A stretch of DNA of 64,000 nt from contig CAWDDT010000011.1 in the NCBI GenBank assembly GCA_963801165.1, positions 320,001 to 384,000 on the forward strand. The letters run 5' to 3'. Under the pieces are notes generated by a model that ran no database searches, was not told the DNA's origin, and saw only the letters and a program-made list of their open reading frames with translations. This DNA is from an uncultured bacterium (GTDB lineage: Bacteria; Actinomycetota; Acidimicrobiia; Spongiisociales; UBA5794). Both the position numbers and the translations under genes were made by a program. Positions 59,898-64,000 of the stretch are shown here, in pieces; positions within the stretch are counted from its first letter, which is position 1, and each line of letters begins with the position of its first letter.

Positions 59898-61727
59898 CTA
59901 TTCGACGACGATGATATTGGCGGCGGTCACGGTCACCGAACTCGGCAACGGCAACGTCATGTTTCCCGACGACACCATGATCTCGAACCCGTATCGCGTG
60001 GTGTCCCTGGCGATCTCATCCGGCCACGCTCCCTCGGTGGGATCGATGTCGACGGCCCCGGGATCGCCTATGAAGATGCTATCCGTGAGCGCCGAGGTGT
60101 CGAGATCGACAATGAGGTAGCGCAGTTGCCCCGGGCTGCCGGCCGGGATCGTGAAGTCGACCGTTTCACCGTTGCGACTGTAGGGGACGGCCGTCTTCGT
60201 GAAGTCGTCGGCGAGCGCGGCCGCCAGCAACCCGGCGGTACCGGTTCCGATCAAGTCGCGGAGAACGTTTCGCTCGACGACCTCGACGACGATCTGGTCG
60301 CCGGCGGTGAGATATGGCAAACCGGCATCGGGAATCGGGTGCGAGAAAGTCGGGATGAACGTGGCGTTCTCGAACAGCGGACCAAGCTTGTTACGGAAGA
60401 ACATCCCGAAAGAATCGTGGATGATCGCCGTGTTGCTGTCTGCCAGTACCGGGTTGCTCGGGCTGGCGTACGTGACCAGCGGGCGGGTAGCGATCGTGAT
60501 CGACGAGAGCACGTCGACCGATGGGGTGACCCCCGACAGCGTCGGGGTTTGCTCATCGTATGCGATCTCCCAGTCCGAGCCGATGATGCCGGCCAGGTCA
60601 CCCTGACGGACCGCAGCCGACGGCACCAGATCAAGCTGGTCCCAAACACCGGGCGCCGCCTGATCGGAAAGCAGCCGGGAGCCGAGCAGCGCCCCGTCGA
60701 CATTCCAATGGGTATCGTGCTTCCAGTACAGCTGGTCGGTGGTCTGGCCGATGGTCGTCGCAAACGGCTGCCACAGATCGACACGATGCGGATCGCCCGC
60801 CGTGACCAGGGCCTTCTGCAGCAACTCTGAGTTCGTGTCCGCGCAGGATCCCGCAAAGCCAGGAGCCGTGGCGGGATAGACGACCACCTTGTTAGGAGCG
60901 ACCGCGTATGTGAAATCCCTCCCCGAGGCCGTGACGATCTGACCCGCCTTGTCGAACTCCTCCACAAGACGTGCGTAGACGTCGGCGTCGAAGCATGGCT
61001 GATCGATGGTATCGGTGAAGTAGAGCCAGTTGTCGGCTCCGATCGTTACCAGCGGGCTGGGGCTCACGGCGGGAAGCGGCGCAGGCGGCGTCAACGGATC
61101 GAGGTGGAGGGCTCGGGCGAGGAAAGTGGCCATCTGCTCCCTGGTCACCGGATCCCGAGGACAAAACAACGTGTTATCAGGCGGATTACAACCCTTAGTG
61201 ATCCCCGCAGCCGCCAACGCCCCGATACTCGCCACATGCACCGAACCCGCAATATCAGAAAACGACGCCGACCCGGCAGGCAAACCCAACGCCCGCACCA
61301 AAAACGTCGCCATCTGCTCCCTGGTCACCGGATCCCGAGGACAAAACAACGTGTTATCAGGCGGATTACAACCCTTAGTAATCCCCGCAGCCGCCAACCC
61401 CCCAATACTCGCCACATGCACCGAACCCGCAACATCAGAAAACGACGCCGACCCGGCAGGCAAACCCAACGCCCTCACCAAAAACGTCGCCATCTGCTCC
61501 CTGGTCACCACATCCTGCGGACAAAACAAATCATTCACAGGCGGATTACAACCCTTAGTAATCCCCGCATCCGCAATCGCCTCGATCGATGGCTCGTAAA
61601 CGGACCCGTTGTCATCACTGAACGTGCCGCCCGGCTCGAGAGAGGCGCCGGCGACCGGAACAACGGCGAACACCACCGCGGCAACGACGGCGGCGGCGAG
61701 GACCCGCGACGGTCGATTCGAGCGCAT
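59898..61727 (-). CDS. SLH-domain protein with AlgX/AlgJ-like SGNH O-acetyltransferase domain
   Basis: Signal peptide, three SLH repeats, G.DNWLYF, VAPNK..VYP, LYWKHDTHWN..GA, HDSF, EVVERN. Confidence 0.8.
   Translation of the reverse strand: MRSNRPSRVLAAAVVAAVVFAVVPVAGASLEPGGTFSDDNGSVYEPSIEAIADAGITKGCNPPVNDLFCPQDVVTREQMATFLVRALGLPAGSASFSDVAGSVHVASIGGLAAAGITKGCNPPDNTLFCPRDPVTREQMATFLVRALGLPAGSASFSDIAGSVHVASIGALAAAGITKGCNPPDNTLFCPRDPVTREQMATFLARALHLDPLTPPAPLPAVSPSPLVTIGADNWLYFTDTIDQPCFDADVYARLVEEFDKAGQIVTASGRDFTYAVAPNKVVVYPATAPGFAGSCADTNSELLQKALVTAGDPHRVDLWQPFATTIGQTTDQLYWKHDTHWNVDGALLGSRLLSDQAAPGVWDQLDLVPSAAVRQGDLAGIIGSDWEIAYDEQTPTLSGVTPSVDVLSSITIATRPLVTYASPSNPVLADSNTAIIHDSFGMFFRNKLGPLFENATFIPTFSHPIPDAGLPYLTAGDQIVVEVVERNVLRDLIGTGTAGLLAAALADDFTKTAVPYSRNGETVDFTIPAGSPGQLRYLIVDLDTSALTDSIFIGDPGAVDIDPTEGAWPDEIARDTTRYGFEIMVSSGNMTLPLPSSVTVTAANIIVVE
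61099..61589. repeat. 491-bp direct repeat copy 2 (SLH cassette)
   Basis: Matches copy 1; the only difference seen changes GAL to GGL. Confidence 0.92.
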
Positions 61728-61851
61728 CGCGCTCCCCTTCCTGATGTCGACCGGGACGAGACTAGTGGCGGGCGTGGGGGTACTCATAGATCTCTGCCAT
61801 CGGGTTTCGACAGAGCTGAAAATTCCCGGGCTCCTGCCGACGGGGATACTG

Positions 61852-62571
61852 ATGAGTGGCATCTCCGAGATCCAATCGCGTATCCAGACCATTCAGAGCC
61901 GGGCGGCGAGCCAGCCGTTGCCCGGCCGATTCAACGCGCTCTTCGAGGCGCAACTCGCGTCCGCAAACGCACAGTCGTCTGACTCGGTCGCCATAGCTCC
62001 TTCCGAGGGTTTTGTTGTCCAGGCGCTGGCCAATCCTGCCACCGCGACCTACGGCGCCGAAACCGTGCCTCTCGGGGTCATGCTCGGACTCACGCAGCAT
62101 CCGATGACTGCCATCAGATCTGGCACGGTGGCGACCTCGGACCAACTCTCCGCCTACCTGGACATCAACAGCATCACCGCACGCAATGGCCGCCTGGATC
62201 TATCCGAGCTGACTCCCGTTTCCGGGGCGTGGACCGGAACCGGCTACCTGCTGCCACCGGCGGCACAAGCATGGGAGGAGATGAGGGCGGCAGCGGCGTC
62301 CGACGGCGTCGACCTCCAGGCCATCGACCTGTACCGGACATGGGAAAGCCAGGACAACGCCTACCAGGCGCATTTGCGGGGAGACAAGCCTGAGAACGTG
62401 CTCCCGCCTGGGACCAGCGAACATGGGCTGGGTCTCGCCGTCGACGTGACCAACGGTCATACCGTGAACGTCGCCGATCCGGAGCATGCCTGGCTGCGCG
62501 ACAACGCTTCTCGTTTTGGCTGGTATCCGATCTCAAACGAGTCCTGGCATTGGGAGTTCCGCGGCGTCTGA
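61852..62571 (+). CDS. M15B (VanY-like) D,D-carboxypeptidase with N-terminal coiled segment
   Basis: YRTWESQ, PPGTSEHGLGLAVD, WL..NA.RFGW, ESWHWEF; N-terminus ISEIQSRIQTIQSR. Confidence 0.85.
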   Translation: MSGISEIQSRIQTIQSRAASQPLPGRFNALFEAQLASANAQSSDSVAIAPSEGFVVQALANPATATYGAETVPLGVMLGLTQHPMTAIRSGTVATSDQLSAYLDINSITARNGRLDLSELTPVSGAWTGTGYLLPPAAQAWEEMRAAAASDGVDLQAIDLYRTWESQDNAYQAHLRGDKPENVLPPGTSEHGLGLAVDVTNGHTVNVADPEHAWLRDNASRFGWYPISNESWHWEFRGV

Positions 62572-62644
62572 GCCGGGACTAGAGCAGTGCCTCGCTCCGC
62601 ACTGTGGCACCGGGCCGGAGCCCGTTTGTGCTCCAGGCGACATC

Positions 62645-62689
62645 ATGTATCCCCGCTGAATGTATCCACGCCGAATGTATCCCCGCCGA
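62645..62689. repeat. 15-bp tandem repeat x3 (ATGTATCCMCGCYGA)
   Basis: atgtatccccgctga atgtatccacgccga atgtatccccgccga. Confidence 0.85.
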
Positions 62690-62897
62690 AAGGCACACCG
62701 GGCACTCTTCCTATCGAGTCATGCTGGACTTTTCTTACCCGCTTCTTGAATTGGGCTGATAGCCTTGTGGTGTTGCAGGATTCGCCAGCGTGTCGGGTTC
62801 TGGAACGGTCACCCGGTTATCAGGTGGGAGTCTGCCCCACCGCTCTCTCCCACCTGTCCGGCCTTTCGGCGCAGTGGATCTAAGCTGCGGACACGCT

Positions 62898-64000
62898 ATG
62901 TCCGTTCTCAACACTCCCACCATCCGATTGCAGTTTCCCGCGCTGCGCCGCACCGAGAAAGGCAGACCGGTCGTCTGGCTCGACGGACCCGGTGGCAGCC
63001 AGGTGCCAGAGTCAGTGATAGCTGCGATCGGCAACTTCCTCACCCGGGGCGGCTCCAACCACGGCGGGGCATTCACCGCCAGCCGGGACTCGGAGGAAGT
63101 TCACGAGAACGCGCGCTCTGCGGTAGCAGATCTCTACGGAGCCCGCGAGGACGACTACATCTTCTTCGGGATGAACATGACCAGCCTCAACTTCGCGCTG
63201 AGCCGGGCTTTGTCTGCGGAGTGGGGGCCGGGTGACGAGGTCGTCGTCACCCGTCTCGACCACGATGCCAACATCTCGCCCTGGCTTCTTGCGGCCGCCG
63301 ACCGGGGAGCCACGGTCAAGTGGGTGCCCTTCGACACGACAACCTACCGGCTCGACATGGCCGCGCTCGAGGACGCGGTCGGGCCGCGGACCAGGATCGT
63401 CGCCGTCACCCACGCCTCGAATGCGATCGGGACCATCGTCGACGTCGCCGAAGCGGCCCGGATCGCTCACAAGGCGGGTGCGCTGAGCGTTGTCGATGCC
63501 GTCCACTACGCACCACATGGTCTCATCGATATGACGGCGATCGACTGCGACTTCCTTCTGGCCTCAGCCTACAAGTTCTTCGGCCCGCATGTGGGTGCTC
63601 TGGCCGGCCGCAGCTCGCTTCTCGAGAAGATCGATGCCTACCGGGTGCGTCCCGCACCCGACACGGGTCCTGGCAAATGGGAAACAGGTACCCAGAGCTT
63701 CGAGGCGCTGGCCGGAGTGATCGCAGCCGTCGATCACATCGCCGGAATCGCCACGCCGTCCGGGACCCGCCGCAACCGCATCGAAGAGGCATATACCGCG
63801 ATCGGGGCGCACGGCATCGCTCTCGGGGACCGTTTCCTCGCCGGCTTGCCGGATTCCGCAACGGTGTTCGGTATCACCGACGATCTGGCGGCTCGGACAC
63901 CGACGTACGCCATCGAGCTCGAGGGAATCTCCGCCCGGCGACTAGCTACTGAGTTGGGCGACCGGGGGATATATGTGACCGACGGCAACTACTACGCCAT
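62898..64000 (+). CDS. Cysteine desulfurase-like class V aminotransferase, 3'-partial
   Basis: IRLQFPAL, LDGPGGSQVP, FGMNMT, LDHDAN, VDAVHYAPH, SAYKFFGPH, WETGT; open to window end. Confidence 0.88.
   Translation, partial: MSVLNTPTIRLQFPALRRTEKGRPVVWLDGPGGSQVPESVIAAIGNFLTRGGSNHGGAFTASRDSEEVHENARSAVADLYGAREDDYIFFGMNMTSLNFALSRALSAEWGPGDEVVVTRLDHDANISPWLLAAADRGATVKWVPFDTTTYRLDMAALEDAVGPRTRIVAVTHASNAIGTIVDVAEAARIAHKAGALSVVDAVHYAPHGLIDMTAIDCDFLLASAYKFFGPHVGALAGRSSLLEKIDAYRVRPAPDTGPGKWETGTQSFEALAGVIAAVDHIAGIATPSGTRRNRIEEAYTAIGAHGIALGDRFLAGLPDSATVFGITDDLAARTPTYAIELEGISARRLATELGDRGIYVTDGNYYA

Noticed and set aside
59286-61589. Long direct repeats as IS, prophage att sites or DGR template/variable repeats
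   Set aside because: They encode in-frame SLH domains; no transposase, integrase or reverse transcriptase is present, and the single mismatch is not an adenine-specific pattern
62645-62689. Resemblance of GTATCCCCGC to type I-E CRISPR repeats
   Set aside because: 15-bp contiguous units with no spacers and no cas genes

Overview
High-GC, gene-dense chromosomal window. Protein content suggests an Acidimicrobiia-like actinobacterium (inference from GCNPP-type SLH repeats, SARP-STAND proteins, a SigC-like sigma factor and F420-type enzymes). From left to right: (1) 3' part of a class II ribonucleotide reductase with two LAGLIDADG inteins; (2) three large SARP/BTAD-STAND regulators, two of them wHTH-BTAD-cyclase-kinase-nSTAND1-TM-WD40 and two facing a divergent secreted-protein gene, all with an upstream TTGAC-N6-TTGAC (11-bp period) direct repeat; (3) a Desulfovibrio-type aldehyde oxidoreductase (Mop) gene with six accessory genes including a TrsS-like radical SAM protein; (4) an ECF42/YciI pair, rtcB and a degenerate PPTase; (5) a copper-delivery cluster with a SigC-like sigma factor and two GGGAAC-N17-CGAC promoters; (6) SLH surface proteins, two sharing a 491-bp near-identical cassette; (7) a 13-kb GntR-associated TRAP/TPP-enzyme/acylating-ALDH/citryl-CoA-lyase/aroQ/aroKB cluster that may be an undescribed quinate/shikimate-type catabolic pathway. 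At least seven single-base frameshifts interrupt otherwise intact genes and are probably assembly indels. No rRNA, tRNA, CRISPR or transposase was recognised. All family assignments are from motif recognition, not database searches.
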